This document shows positions 1 to 9,306 of a DNA stretch of 64,000 nucleotides, in pieces (positions within the stretch are counted from its first letter, which is position 1; each line of letters opens with the position of its first letter). This DNA comes from Rhizomicrobium sp. (GTDB lineage Bacteria > Pseudomonadota > Alphaproteobacteria > Micropepsales > Micropepsaceae), in assembly GCA_035455725.1 (NCBI GenBank), contig DATIEM010000135.1, positions 1,764 to 65,763 of the forward strand. Direction: 5' to 3'. The position numbers and the translations under genes were made by a program. The notes below the pieces were generated by a model. It ran no database searches and had not been told where the DNA came from. It saw only the letters and a list, made by a program, of their open reading frames with translations.

Positions 1-129
1 GTTGCGCGCCCCATGGGCCCGACAAAACGTGCACATGCAGGCGCGCAGGCCGAGGTCAGTCAGACCGGCACTCGCCTCGAAGATGTACCAGAGATTGCCG
101 CAATGACATCGACCTTCGAACTTCGGCAT
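1..129 (-). CDS. GFA/CENP-V family protein, 5' part only (runs off the window start)
   Basis: Not in the ORF track. Manual translation from ATG at 129: MPKFEGRCHCGNLWYIFEASAGLTDLGLRACMCTFCRAHGARN, with the GxCxCG and CxCxxC Zn motifs of GFA proteins. Starts 4 bp after the amidase stop. Confidence 0.8.
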   Translation of the reverse strand, partial: MPKFEGRCHCGNLWYIFEASAGLTDLGLRACMCTFCRAHGARN

Positions 130-133
130 GGCT

Positions 134-1576
134 CTATACCGGCCGGGAAGTAAAGCCGCCGATCGCCTCTTCCGCAGCGGCCGCAAGATCGAACAGCCGA
201 TCTTCGCCGTGCTCCGGACCGATGAGCTGCACGCCAACAGGCAATCCGTCGCCATTCATGCCTACTGGCATCGCGATGGCGGGCAGATGCAACGTGGTAG
301 CAGGCGCGATCCAGCAGGGCATCGTCATATAAGAAACAGACTGGCCATCCACATCGAGTTTCCGCCCGAAGAACGGCTCAGAGTGATCGTGCGGAAACGC
401 CGTCACCGGAGCGACGGGCATGAGAATGGCATCCCAATCCTGGAAGAACGCGGTCATTCGGTCCTTCAGCCGCTGGCGCGCGGCCAGGGCTTGGGCCAAT
501 TCGTAATAGCGAGACGTACAGACGAGCCGGTTGAACGCGGGGCTCCAGGGGTCCGGACTGTCGCCCACGGCCTGCTTGTCCGCTTCGCGCGTCTTCTCCA
601 TTTCGGCCAGCATGGTTTCCGGGAAGCCGGCCGCGAGAATGGGCGCAAGGATACGGCGATAGGCGAGGAGCAACTCCCTGCTGTCAACCGGCGACGCGAT
701 TGGCTTCACAATGGCGCCTTGCGCCTCGAGCGCATGGGCAGCCCGCGCCACGCCGTCCCTCACGTCGCGCGCGAGCGGGAAATTTGAGTCCTCCTGCCAC
801 ACGGCAATCCGCATCCCGCGAATACTCTTGCGTTCGGAAAGCTTGCCGCTGAGCACCGTCCAGAAGAGCCGCAGGTCTTCGGGGTTGCGCGCCATTGGGC
901 CGCCGACACCGAGATCGAGTTCGTAATATTGCTCCGGCAGCGGGGGGATGTGCCCCCGCATCGGCAGCACACCCCAGGTCGGCTTGAGAGCATAGACGCC
1001 GCAAAAGCTTGCAGGCGTGCGTAGGGAGCCGCCGATATCTGAGCCGATTTCCAGCGCTGTGATCCCGCAGGCTAATGCCGCTGCGGCGCCGCCGGACGAA
1101 CCGCCCGGCACCCGGTTCAGGTCGTAGGGGTTGTTCGTGGTGCCGGAGACAGCATTGTAGCTTTGCCAGTCGCCCAGCATGTATGGCACGTTTGTCTTGC
1201 CCCAAATCACGGGGCCTTGCGAACGGGCGCGCCGCACCAACTCGGCGTCGTCGCAGCGTTTGTCGCGTCCCGTAAGCCCGGCGGCCCCTGCCGTCGCGGG
1301 CATGTTCTCCACATCGAAGCCGTCCTTAATCGTAATCGGTAGGCCGGCCAGCGCGCCCAGTTCTTTTCCATTTGCGCGTGCATCATCGATCGCTTCGGCC
1401 TTTCGATAGGCGCGCTCCAGATCGGTCGCTATCACCGCGTTGATTTTCTTCGCCAGCGACTCGTGCCGCGAGACATGCGCGTCCAGCAGTTCGCGTGCGG
1501 AAATCTCCTTTCTCTGCAGCTGTGCGAGCGCCCCACGAGCGGTGGCGTAAATCATTTCAGTCATCCCGTTCCCCAT
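134..1576 (-). CDS. Amidase signature family protein
   Basis: Catalytic Lys (ITIKDGF), GGSSGGAAAA and GSDIGGSLRTPA motifs; GatA-like N-terminus. Confidence 0.92.
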   Translation of the reverse strand: MGNGMTEMIYATARGALAQLQRKEISARELLDAHVSRHESLAKKINAVIATDLERAYRKAEAIDDARANGKELGALAGLPITIKDGFDVENMPATAGAAGLTGRDKRCDDAELVRRARSQGPVIWGKTNVPYMLGDWQSYNAVSGTTNNPYDLNRVPGGSSGGAAAALACGITALEIGSDIGGSLRTPASFCGVYALKPTWGVLPMRGHIPPLPEQYYELDLGVGGPMARNPEDLRLFWTVLSGKLSERKSIRGMRIAVWQEDSNFPLARDVRDGVARAAHALEAQGAIVKPIASPVDSRELLLAYRRILAPILAAGFPETMLAEMEKTREADKQAVGDSPDPWSPAFNRLVCTSRYYELAQALAARQRLKDRMTAFFQDWDAILMPVAPVTAFPHDHSEPFFGRKLDVDGQSVSYMTMPCWIAPATTLHLPAIAMPVGMNGDGLPVGVQLIGPEHGEDRLFDLAAAAEEAIGGFTSRPV

Positions 1577-1608
1577 CCGCCATCACACATCGGTCCAGCC
1601 GGATTCGA

Positions 1609-2148
1609 TTAGATCGGCGCGCCAAGTGGCGCGCCGCTCGCGCACACTGCGTGATCGATCCGGCCACGAGCAACGGCGCCTTCGAGCGCCTCGAGGGCGC
1701 CAGACTGCAATCTCAACCCCAAAAGGCGGCCGCGCTCCACTGGCCCCGGAAAGCTCACGGGACCCAGCGGCACCGGGGCAAAACCGACCCGGCCATAGTA
1801 CGGCAAATCGCCAACGAGCAATATCGTGCGATAGCCGAGCCGCTCGGCTTCCAAGATCCCCCGCTGCATGAGACCGATGCCTATGCCCCGTCCGCGTTGA
1901 TCCGGCTGAACTGCCAAAGGTCCAAGCAGCAGGGCAGGGGCAGGGCCCACGAAAATCGGCCAGAAGCGGATGGAGCCGCGCAGTGTGTGCTTCTCGATCG
2001 CTACAAAACTCAGCGAATAAACGGGGTTAACGCCTTCGCGCAGTCGGTATGCGGCCTTCGCATATCGGCCCGGTCCGAAGATGCCGGCCACCAGCGCCTC
2101 GACCGCCGAAGCATGGTCGGATTGTTCGGGCCGGATCTCCCATTCCAT
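1609..2148 (-). CDS. GNAT family N-acetyltransferase
   Basis: LLGPLAVQPDQRGRGIGIGLM acetyl-CoA motif A; LVGDLPYYGRVGF. ATG at 2148 preferred over GTG at 2160. Confidence 0.88.
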   Translation of the reverse strand: MEWEIRPEQSDHASAVEALVAGIFGPGRYAKAAYRLREGVNPVYSLSFVAIEKHTLRGSIRFWPIFVGPAPALLLGPLAVQPDQRGRGIGIGLMQRGILEAERLGYRTILLVGDLPYYGRVGFAPVPLGPVSFPGPVERGRLLGLRLQSGALEALEGAVARGRIDHAVCASGAPLGAPI

Positions 2149-2217
2149 ACGTTTTTGCACTTCGGTGTGTCCCTGCCTTGCCGGCTCCGTATGCCGCTAC
2201 TTGCATTTGGCGCAAGC

Positions 2218-2676
2218 TCACCAGTACGGCTGTTGCGTGCCTTCGCCTATTAATTCGGTGAGGCGCCGCAAGGTGCCGGGTGTAGCGTCGCCGGGAGGTG
2301 ACTCCGCCTTGGCCCAAAGAATTTCCGCAATTTCGGCATTCGGCCGAAAGGCAAAATAGGCGTTCGGCACGCGGTAGAGCGCCACCACATTGGTGGCCAT
2401 GCCGACTGCGCGCGTGTAGAGGCCGTGGAGAATGGGACTCTCAGCTTGCTGCAAGCCTATCTCTTCCTGCAACTCCCGGATGATCGCCTCGGCTGGAGGT
2501 TCTCCCCGTTCCACGCCACCACCGGGCAAGTGCCACCCCTTTGAATAGCGCTGCCGGACAAGGAGAACGCGTCCCGCCTCGTTTTGCAGAATGGCACTGA
2601 CTCCGAACGCAACCGGGGTGCGTAATGCCTTGAAGGCAATAAGCCAGGGCAGAAGCAACGACTGGCGCGCCGGCAT
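2218..2676 (-). CDS. NUDIX hydrolase
   Basis: Nudix box GGGVERGEPPAEAIIRELQEEIG. Confidence 0.9.
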   Translation of the reverse strand: MPARQSLLLPWLIAFKALRTPVAFGVSAILQNEAGRVLLVRQRYSKGWHLPGGGVERGEPPAEAIIRELQEEIGLQQAESPILHGLYTRAVGMATNVVALYRVPNAYFAFRPNAEIAEILWAKAESPPGDATPGTLRRLTELIGEGTQQPYW

Positions 2677-2705
2677 CTCAAGGTTCCGAAGCGTTCGCCC
2701 CGAAC

Positions 2706-2951
2706 CTAGCCGCTAAACGTCTTGGCTGCATCTCCCGAATGATGGACTCCGGTCGGGCCCACGGAGCGCAATCTATTGAGCCGTCTGCTCAGGCGGTACT
2801 CATCCAAAGCAATCAAACCGCCGGCAATGGCCCCGGCTAAAGCACCTATTGGCAATGCGTAGAACACGTCCCGGTCACAGCCCAGTGCAATGATCGCCGT
2901 CACCAAGAGGCCCGTCCACTGCGCCACATTCCTGGGCATGCGCTGATCCAT
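2706..2951 (-). CDS. Small hypothetical membrane protein (81 aa, two hydrophobic segments)
   Basis: ATG ORF filling the gap between NUDIX and the VOC pseudogene; hydrophobic stretches WTGLLVTAIIALG and VFYALPIGALAGAIAGGLIAL. No family recognised. Confidence 0.55.
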   Translation of the reverse strand: MDQRMPRNVAQWTGLLVTAIIALGCDRDVFYALPIGALAGAIAGGLIALDEYRLSRRLNRLRSVGPTGVHHSGDAAKTFSG

Positions 2952-3002
2952 GGAGTCTCTAACGCACGATTACGGACTATGGCGCGGAGCGGAAGCAGAT
3001 GC

Positions 3003-3018
3003 CTAATAAATCGTTAAC
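3003..3018. promoter_or_regulatory. CtrA-like box CTAA-N7-TTAAC
   Basis: ctaa taaatcg ttaac, one mismatch to TTAA-N7-TTAA, ~50 bp upstream of the 2951 ATG in an AT-rich patch. Confidence 0.5.
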
Positions 3019-3041
3019 GACGGTAATTGCCACGGGTTTGC

Positions 3042-3423
3042 CTAGTCCGCCAGCCGCCAAGGAGGAAATCGGCGCATCTCGCCGGCGTGGTAAAGGCAGA
3101 GCTTCACGCCGGCCGGATCGGTGAGTCACGCCTCGCGCCATGGCCAGCGCTGGTCCGCGGGATTACTGTCGAAGCCGATGCCTTTGGTCTTCAGGTCTGC
3201 CACGCAGGCATCCAGATCTTCGCATTCCAAATAGATTTGCGGCCCGCGGCCGGCCCATTCGCATTGTCAGTAACCTGCAACGAGAAGGTGGCCTGCCGTC
3301 GCCCACTTCAAAGCGGGCGTAATGATGCGGACTCTTTACGATCAGCTGGAGCCCGAGCGTTTGATAGAAAAAGATCGGGCGCTCCAGATCGAGCGTGGGA
3401 ACGGTGACCTGATTCCAGCGCAT
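3042..3423 (-). pseudogene. VOC/glyoxalase family pseudogene (two frameshifts plus internal TGA)
   Basis: MRWNQVTVPTLDLERPIFFYQTLGLQLIVKSPHHYARFEVGDG, then frame change (~3293) to EATFSLQVTD, second frame change (~3243) to PQIYLECEDLDACVADLKTKGIGFDSNPADQRWPWREA*LTDPAGVKLCLYHAGEMRRFPPWRLAD*; TGA at 3126-3128. Confidence 0.8.
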
Positions 3424-3432
3424 CCGAAGAGG

Positions 3433-4038
3433 CTAACGCAGCAACTCCATCACGTCATAGACGGATTCTTGTCCCGGGAACGGGAATTCGATGCGCGCCC
3501 GTCCCGGCCCCGCCGCAGAAAGCAGTCCAATGGCATCGTCCGGCGAGGTTTGGGGGCCAGCGGAGGCGCCGTTACCGGAGTAGGCGTGCGTCGGCTCGCC
3601 TTTTACGGACCACGCGCCCAGCAGGACATAGCCGCCGGACTCATGCGGGTAGAGGTAACCCGCGAGCCGTTGCGTGCCACCCATTTTCTCGAAGAACAGA
3701 TGACCACCGCGCTCGCTCACGCGACACGAAAACCAGCCATAGCCGATGGCTGGGAGAATGCCGCCGCTTTTCGCCGTGCGGCAATGCCACTGTCCGACAA
3801 CCTCGCCACGCGAAATTGGATGCATGCCGCCGGCCAACGCGGCGTGCACCGCCCTGGCATCCCGTTGGATTGCACCATCCTGGGCGGCGTCCATGCCTTT
3901 GGCACGCGCTTCCTGCAAACGCGAGAGACGTTGAACATCGTACGGCGAGGCCACATCTTCCCATCTGGCTTGCGCGGCGGTGATCGAGAGAAGCGAAACA
4001 GAAAGAACCGAAAGCCTGAGCACGGCCTTGATGCTCAT
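3433..4038 (-). CDS. Secreted DUF4893-like protein
   Basis: Signal peptide (…ITAAQA); GQWHCRTAKSGG, YGWFSCRV, FFEKMGGTQRLAG resemble DUF4893; ATGA overlap with the fabI stop. Confidence 0.7.
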   Translation of the reverse strand: MSIKAVLRLSVLSVSLLSITAAQARWEDVASPYDVQRLSRLQEARAKGMDAAQDGAIQRDARAVHAALAGGMHPISRGEVVGQWHCRTAKSGGILPAIGYGWFSCRVSERGGHLFFEKMGGTQRLAGYLYPHESGGYVLLGAWSVKGEPTHAYSGNGASAGPQTSPDDAIGLLSAAGPGRARIEFPFPGQESVYDVMELLR

Positions 4039-4862
4039 TCGTCCCTATCCTCCGGGCCGGTCCAGCCCTGGAGCTGGCTCGAGGGCGGAGTCCCGATAAT
4101 GTGGTAACCCGCGTCAACGTAATGAATCTCACCGGTGACGCCCAAGGACAGATCGCTGACAAGGTAAAGAGCGGCGTTGCCCACATCGTCGAGGCTGACA
4201 GTGCGCCTGAGAGGACTCTGCGCTTTGTTCCACTTAAAAACGGTCCGTGATTCGCTGATTACCGACCCTGCAAGCGTGCGCATGGGGCCGGCAGAGATAG
4301 CGTTAACGCGGATGTTATCCGGTCCCAGATCGGCCGCGAGATATCTCACGCTCGCCTCCAGCCCCGCTTTCGCCACGCCCATCACGTTGTAGTTGGGCGT
4401 GACCCGTTCAGAACCGAGATAGGTGAGCGTGAGAAGCGCGCCGCCGCTGTCCTTCATCAGCGGCAAGGCACGGCGAGCAACATCCGTAAACGAAAAGCAG
4501 GAAATCGCGAGCGAGCGGGTGAAATTCTCGCGCGACGTTTCCACATATCGGCGCTTCAGCTCTTCACGATCGGAATAGGCGATGGCGTGCACCACAAAAT
4601 CAACCCGCCCCCATTCACGCGCCAGTATGTCGAACGCGGCATCGAGTTCTGCGTCGTTCCCAACATCTGCCTGAAGCAGAATGTTGGCTTCGATGGAGTC
4701 CGCGAGCGGCCTGAGCCGCTTACCCTGCGCCTCGCCCTGGTAGGTGAAGGCAATCTCGGCGCCATTCGCGTAAAGCGTCCGCGCGATCCCCCACGCAATA
4801 GAGTGGTCGTTAGCCACGCCCATCACCAGCCCACGCCGGCCCTGCATCAGCGGATTGCGCAT
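4035..4862 (-). CDS. fabI: Enoyl-ACP reductase
   Basis: GLVMGVANDHSIAWGIA, YNVMGVAKAGLE (YxxxxxxK), VNAISAGPMRTLA. Confidence 0.96.
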   Translation of the reverse strand: MRNPLMQGRRGLVMGVANDHSIAWGIARTLYANGAEIAFTYQGEAQGKRLRPLADSIEANILLQADVGNDAELDAAFDILAREWGRVDFVVHAIAYSDREELKRRYVETSRENFTRSLAISCFSFTDVARRALPLMKDSGGALLTLTYLGSERVTPNYNVMGVAKAGLEASVRYLAADLGPDNIRVNAISAGPMRTLAGSVISESRTVFKWNKAQSPLRRTVSLDDVGNAALYLVSDLSLGVTGEIHYVDAGYHIIGTPPSSQLQGWTGPEDRDE

Positions 4863-4865
4863 GGA

Positions 4866-6086
4866 TCAGGCGTCGTAGCGCTGGAACACCAACGTGGCGT
4901 TCGTGCCACCGAAGCCGAAGGAGTTGGATAACACTCGCTCGAGCTTCGCGCCATCTACCCGCGAACGGACGATGGGAGCATCGGCGATTTCGGGATCCAG
5001 CTCGTCGATATTCGCGCTTTCGGCGATGAAACCGTTCTTCATCTGCAGGATGGAATAAATGGCTTCCTGGGCGCCCGCCGCACCGAGCGAATGGCCAGTC
5101 AGCGACTTGGTGGAATTGATTGGAGGCATACGGTCGCCGAACACCTCGCGCGTGGCCTTCACTTCAGTGATATCGCCCACTGGCGTCGCGGTGCCGTGCG
5201 CATTGATATAGTCGATGGGACCTTCCACGGTGGCGATGGCCTGGCGCATGCAGCGCACGGCGCCTTCGCCGGAGGGAGCTACCATGTCGTGTCCGTCGCT
5301 GGTGGCGCCATAGCCCACGAGCTCGCAATAGATTTTCGCACCCCGCGCTTTGGCGTGTTCCAGTTCCTCCAGCACCAAAAGGCCGCCGCCGCCGGCGATC
5401 ACGAAGCCGTCGCGATCCTTGTCGAAGGCGCGAGAGGCATGTTCTGGGGTGTCGTTGAACTTCGACGACATGGCTCCCATCGCGTCGAAAAGCGCCGATA
5501 ATTCCCAGTCCAGCTGCTCTCCACCGCCGGCGAACACGATGTCCTGCTTTCCGTATTGGATCATCTCGGCGGCGTTCCCAATACAGTGCGCGCTGGTGGC
5601 GCAAGCAGAGCTGATCGAGTAGTTCACGCCCTTGATCTTGAACCAGGTGGAAAGCACCGCCGAGCAGGTAGACGACATTGCCTTCGGCACCGCGAAGGGG
5701 CCTATTCGCTTGGGGCTATGATTTTCGCGCGTGATGTCGGCCGCCTTCACAATGGCGTCCACCGAGGGCCCGCCGGAGCCAACAATCAGCCCAGTCCGCT
5801 CGTTCACCACGTCTTTTTCTTCGAGGCCCGAATCCTGCAGCGCCTGCTGCATGGAAAGAAACGCGTAAGCGGCCGTATCTCCCATGAAGCGCTTGGCCCG
5901 ACGATCGATCGTGGCGTCCAGGTCGATGCTCGGCTTCCCATGCACCTGGCTACGGAAACCGAATTCAGCTTCTTTCTTTCCCAAGCTGATGCCGGATTTC
6001 GCTTCGCGCAGCGAGGCCAGCACCTCCTGCGTGTTGTTGCCGATAGAGGACACGATCCCCATGCCGGTCACGGCGACCCGTCTCAT
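4866..6086 (-). CDS. fabB: Beta-ketoacyl-ACP synthase I
   Basis: [16 protein letters not shown] start at 6086; [40 protein letters not shown]. Confidence 0.95.
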   Translation of the reverse strand: MRRVAVTGMGIVSSIGNNTQEVLASLREAKSGISLGKKEAEFGFRSQVHGKPSIDLDATIDRRAKRFMGDTAAYAFLSMQQALQDSGLEEKDVVNERTGLIVGSGGPSVDAIVKAADITRENHSPKRIGPFAVPKAMSSTCSAVLSTWFKIKGVNYSISSACATSAHCIGNAAEMIQYGKQDIVFAGGGEQLDWELSALFDAMGAMSSKFNDTPEHASRAFDKDRDGFVIAGGGGLLVLEELEHAKARGAKIYCELVGYGATSDGHDMVAPSGEGAVRCMRQAIATVEGPIDYINAHGTATPVGDITEVKATREVFGDRMPPINSTKSLTGHSLGAAGAQEAIYSILQMKNGFIAESANIDELDPEIADAPIVRSRVDGAKLERVLSNSFGFGGTNATLVFQRYDA

Positions 6087-6153
6087 GCACCTTCTCCCTG
6101 GCAGGCGCGGCGGAAACGCGCCCCGTCGCACCTCTTGGACAGCACCAACGCAA

Positions 6154-6684
6154 TCAGGCGGCCGACGCTACCTCTGCGCCTTCCGTAAACAATCCCACTC
6201 GAAGATCTTTCGCTTCGTAGATCGTCTTGCCGTCCACCTGCATGATCCCGTCGCCGATACCGACGACCAGGCGGCGCATGATCACGCGCCTCAGATCTAT
6301 GTAGTAGCTGACCAGCTTGTTGGTAGGCAGCACCATGCCTGAAAATTTCACTTCCCCCACGCCCAAGGCGCGACCGCGGCCGATTCCGCCCAGCCAGGCG
6401 AGAAAGAAACCGATCATTTGCCACATAGCGTCCACGCCAAGACATCCCGGCATTACGGGATCCCCCTGGAAGTGGCACTTGAAGAACCAGAGGTCCGGCT
6501 TCAAATCGAGTTCCGCCTCAATGCGCCCCTTGTCGGCAGAGCCCCCCTTTTCCGAAATTTTGGTGATGCGGTCGAACATTAGCATAGGCGGCAGCGGCAG
6601 CTGCGCGTTGCCCTTGCCGAACAGTTCGCCGCGGGCGCAGGCGAGCAGTCCTTGCAGATCGAAGCTCGATTGTCTGCCCAGCAT
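6154..6684 (-). CDS. fabA: 3-hydroxyacyl-ACP dehydratase/isomerase
   Basis: [47 protein letters not shown]; start 6684 or 6711. Confidence 0.95.
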   Translation of the reverse strand: MLGRQSSFDLQGLLACARGELFGKGNAQLPLPPMLMFDRITKISEKGGSADKGRIEAELDLKPDLWFFKCHFQGDPVMPGCLGVDAMWQMIGFFLAWLGGIGRGRALGVGEVKFSGMVLPTNKLVSYYIDLRRVIMRRLVVGIGDGIMQVDGKTIYEAKDLRVGLFTEGAEVASAA

Positions 6685-6754
6685 GGGGTCTCCCGTCCTT
6701 CCGCCTCCCATGAACGCCCTTGACTTTGGATCGTTCAGGACGAATTTTCATTAT

Positions 6755-6771
6755 TTTAGAATGGTTCTAAC
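6755..6771. promoter_or_regulatory. Irr ICE-like motif TTTAGAA-N3-TTCTAAC
   Basis: One mismatch to the ICE consensus TTTAGAA-N3-TTCTAAA; between divergent fabA and irr, just after a candidate TTGACT(6720)-N17-AATTTT promoter. Confidence 0.75.
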
Positions 6772-6852
6772 CGATATCGGTTAAAGCAGCTTACCAGAGT
6801 TTTGGCGGAGGCGTCAGCGGGCGCCCGCACTGTTTCGCAGAGTATTGAGGTC

Positions 6853-7284
6853 ATGACCGTATCAAGAAGGCGAAAAGAAACCCAGAGCGAGCACGCCGTG
6901 GAGCGACTTAGGGCTGTGGGCCTGCGCCCAACGCGACAGCGCGCTGCACTCGTTCGAGTGCTGGGCAGCGAGCACCGGCATGTCTCGGCAGAATTGCTAC
7001 ACAAGGAGGCACAGAAGGCTGGCGTGCCCGTTTCGCTTGCCACGGTCTACAACACCCTGCATCAGTTCACGGAGGCCGGCCTGCTGCGCGAGGTGGTGGT
7101 CGCCAGCGGCCGCACCTACTTCGACACCAACACCGGCGACCATCAGCACTTCTTCTGCGAGGACGACGGCGAGCTGATCGATATTGACGGTGAGGTCATC
7201 GAGGTGGCCGGGGTGCCCACCCCGCCCCGCGGGATGAAACTGGATCGGGTCGACGTGGTCGTGCGGGTAAAGAGATCAGTTTAG
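6853..7284 (+). CDS. irr: Fur-family iron response regulator Irr
   Basis: GLRPTRQRAAL, HRHVSAE, VSLATVYNTLHQFTEAGLLREV, YFDTNTGDHQHFFCED; position divergent from fabA is the usual alphaproteobacterial arrangement. Confidence 0.88.
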   Translation: MTVSRRRKETQSEHAVERLRAVGLRPTRQRAALVRVLGSEHRHVSAELLHKEAQKAGVPVSLATVYNTLHQFTEAGLLREVVVASGRTYFDTNTGDHQHFFCEDDGELIDIDGEVIEVAGVPTPPRGMKLDRVDVVVRVKRSV

Positions 7285-7296
7285 AAATATTCTAAA
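7280..7296. promoter_or_regulatory. Perfect Irr ICE motif TTTAGAA-ATA-TTCTAAA
   Basis: Exact consensus; contains the irr TAG (7282-7284); followed by TTGACA (7302-7307) and a CATTTT -10-like hexamer 17 bp later. Confidence 0.88.
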
Positions 7297-7376
7297 GTGT
7301 GTTGACAGGGGCAGAGGCAACGCGCATTTTAAGGATCGGCACGGGCAGGCATGCCCGACAGACAAAGGAGGACCTC

Positions 7377-7799
7377 ATGGCAAACCTGAAGAGTTCCAAG
7401 ACTGCGCAGAACCTGAAAGATGCGTTTGCGGGCGAGAGCCAGGCGAACCGCCGCTATCTTTATTTTGCGCAGAAAGCGGATGTGGAAGGTTATAACGACG
7501 TCTCCGCCGTGTTCCGCTCAACCGCGGAAGGGGAAACGGGTCACGCGCACGGCCATCTGGAATTTCTCGAAGCTGTTGGCGATCCGGCTACCGGTGAGCC
7601 GATCGGCGGCACCGACCTGAACCTCAAGGCCGCCATTGCCGGCGAGACGCACGAATACACCGATATGTATCCGGGCATGGCGCGCACCGCCCGCGAGGAA
7701 GGCTTCGAGGAGATCGCCGACTGGTTCGAGACGTTGGCGAAAGCCGAGAAGTCCCACGCCGGCCGCTTCCAGCGCGCGCTGGATTCTTTGGGACAGTAA
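7377..7799 (+). CDS. rbr: Short rubrerythrin (erythrin, no rubredoxin domain)
   Basis: [53 protein letters not shown]; GGAGG RBS before ATG 7377. Confidence 0.92.
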   Translation: MANLKSSKTAQNLKDAFAGESQANRRYLYFAQKADVEGYNDVSAVFRSTAEGETGHAHGHLEFLEAVGDPATGEPIGGTDLNLKAAIAGETHEYTDMYPGMARTAREEGFEEIADWFETLAKAEKSHAGRFQRALDSLGQ

Positions 7800-7808
7800 G
7801 ATGCTCGC

Positions 7809-7928
7809 TTTCCTCCCCCGCCTGCGGGGGAGGTTCTGAGCGAGCTTACGCGAGCGAAGCGGAAGGGGCCTTCTCATTCCCCCTCCGTCGCGCTTCGCGC
7901 GACACCCTCCCCTAAACGGGGGAGGAAA
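7809..7928. repeat. Palindromic intergenic repeat (MITE/RIME-like), copy 1
   Basis: Perfect 12 bp terminal inverted repeat tttcctcccccg / cgggggaggaaa; each end folds as a C-rich/G-rich hairpin; resembles 58733-58854. Confidence 0.7.
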
Positions 7929-7937
7929 GAGATCGTA

Positions 7938-9302
7938 ATGGCCAGCAAAGAAGGCAGCCTCGATGCGCCGACCCGCGAGCCCATCGCGTGGCGCACAGAC
8001 GATTTCTACGACGAGCAGAAGCTCGACGCGGAGATGCGGCGCATCTTCGATGTGTGTCACGGGTGCCGCCGCTGCTTCAATTTGTGCGATTCCTTCCCGC
8101 GCCTCTTCGACCTGATCGACAACGGCCCCACCGGGGAAGTGGACGGGCTGAACAGCGAGAATTTCCCTGCGATCGTGGAAGCCTGCACGCTCTGCGACAT
8201 GTGCTTCATGACGAAGTGCCCGTACGTGCCGCCGCATCCGTTCAATGTCGATTTTCCGCACCTGCTGCTCAGGCATCGCGCGGTCGAGGTGAAGAACGGC
8301 AACAAGGATTTTACCCAGCGCCAACTCGCGGAGATGGATCGTAACGGGCGGCTCGCGGTGCCCCTCAGCGGGTTCGTCAACTGGGGTGCGGAGAAGGACA
8401 ACAAGCTCACCCGTCCGCTGATGGAGAAAACCCTCGGCATCGACCGCCACGCGAGCCTGCCGAAATTCGCTTCGCAAACCTTCCTGCGCGCTGACAAGAA
8501 AGATCCGATCGCGCCGAATAAGAGCGCGCCGGCGTTCGGCAAGCGCAAGGCGGCGCTCTACGCCACGTGTTTCGTGAACTACAACAAGCCCGACACCGGC
8601 ATGGCGGCACGCGCGGTGCTGAACCATGTGGGCGTGGAAACCCGCGCAGCCTATCCCGGCTGCTGCGGCATGCCGTTCCTCGAGCAGGCGGAAATCTCCC
8701 GCGTGGCGGATCAGGCGGCCGAGGTCTCGAAGGAGTTGGTGAAGCTGATCGCCGAGGGCTACGACATCGTCACGCTCACCGCCTCCTGTGGCCTGATGCT
8801 GAAGTTCGAATGGCCGCTGATCGTGCCGCAGAACGAAGACGTGAAGCGGCTGTCGGAAGTAGTGTTCGATATCGACGAATACGTGGTCGACATCGCAAAG
8901 AAAGAAGGACTGCCGGCCGGCATGAAGCCGCTGCCGGAAGGCGTGACGGTGCATCTGCCCTGCCACGCTCGCGCGCAGAACATGGGTCCGAAGGCGGCGG
9001 AGATGCTGCGCCTCATTCCGGATACGCCCGTGGATGTGATCGAGCGCTGCTCTGGTCACGGTGGCACCTTCGGGGTCGTCACGAAAACCCACAATGTGGC
9101 GGAGAAGGTGGGCCGTCCGGTATTCCGCACCGCGCTGCAACAGGCGCGCGGCCACATTGTTTCAGATTGTCCGCTGGCGGCGCAGCACATCGTGCAGAAC
9201 GTGCGCGAAATGGCGGCAAAAGACGGCAAAGAGGCCCGGGTGAAGGAGCCGGAACATCCGATCCAAATCATGGCCCGCGCGTTTGGCCTGATGGAAGGTT
9301 GA
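7938..9302 (+). CDS. Fe-S oxidoreductase (GlpC/Hdr-like, two 4Fe-4S motifs plus CCG domains)
   Basis: CHGCRRCFNLC, CTLCDMCFMTKC, GCCGMP, CSGHGG; between rubrerythrin and DUF3501. Confidence 0.88.
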   Translation: MASKEGSLDAPTREPIAWRTDDFYDEQKLDAEMRRIFDVCHGCRRCFNLCDSFPRLFDLIDNGPTGEVDGLNSENFPAIVEACTLCDMCFMTKCPYVPPHPFNVDFPHLLLRHRAVEVKNGNKDFTQRQLAEMDRNGRLAVPLSGFVNWGAEKDNKLTRPLMEKTLGIDRHASLPKFASQTFLRADKKDPIAPNKSAPAFGKRKAALYATCFVNYNKPDTGMAARAVLNHVGVETRAAYPGCCGMPFLEQAEISRVADQAAEVSKELVKLIAEGYDIVTLTASCGLMLKFEWPLIVPQNEDVKRLSEVVFDIDEYVVDIAKKEGLPAGMKPLPEGVTVHLPCHARAQNMGPKAAEMLRLIPDTPVDVIERCSGHGGTFGVVTKTHNVAEKVGRPVFRTALQQARGHIVSDCPLAAQHIVQNVREMAAKDGKEARVKEPEHPIQIMARAFGLMEG

Positions 9303-9306
9303 GAAA

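Noticed and set aside
7518-9155. 545-aa minus-strand ORF
   Set aside because: Antisense shadow of rubrerythrin and the Fe-S oxidoreductase; no motifs; typical of high-GC DNA.
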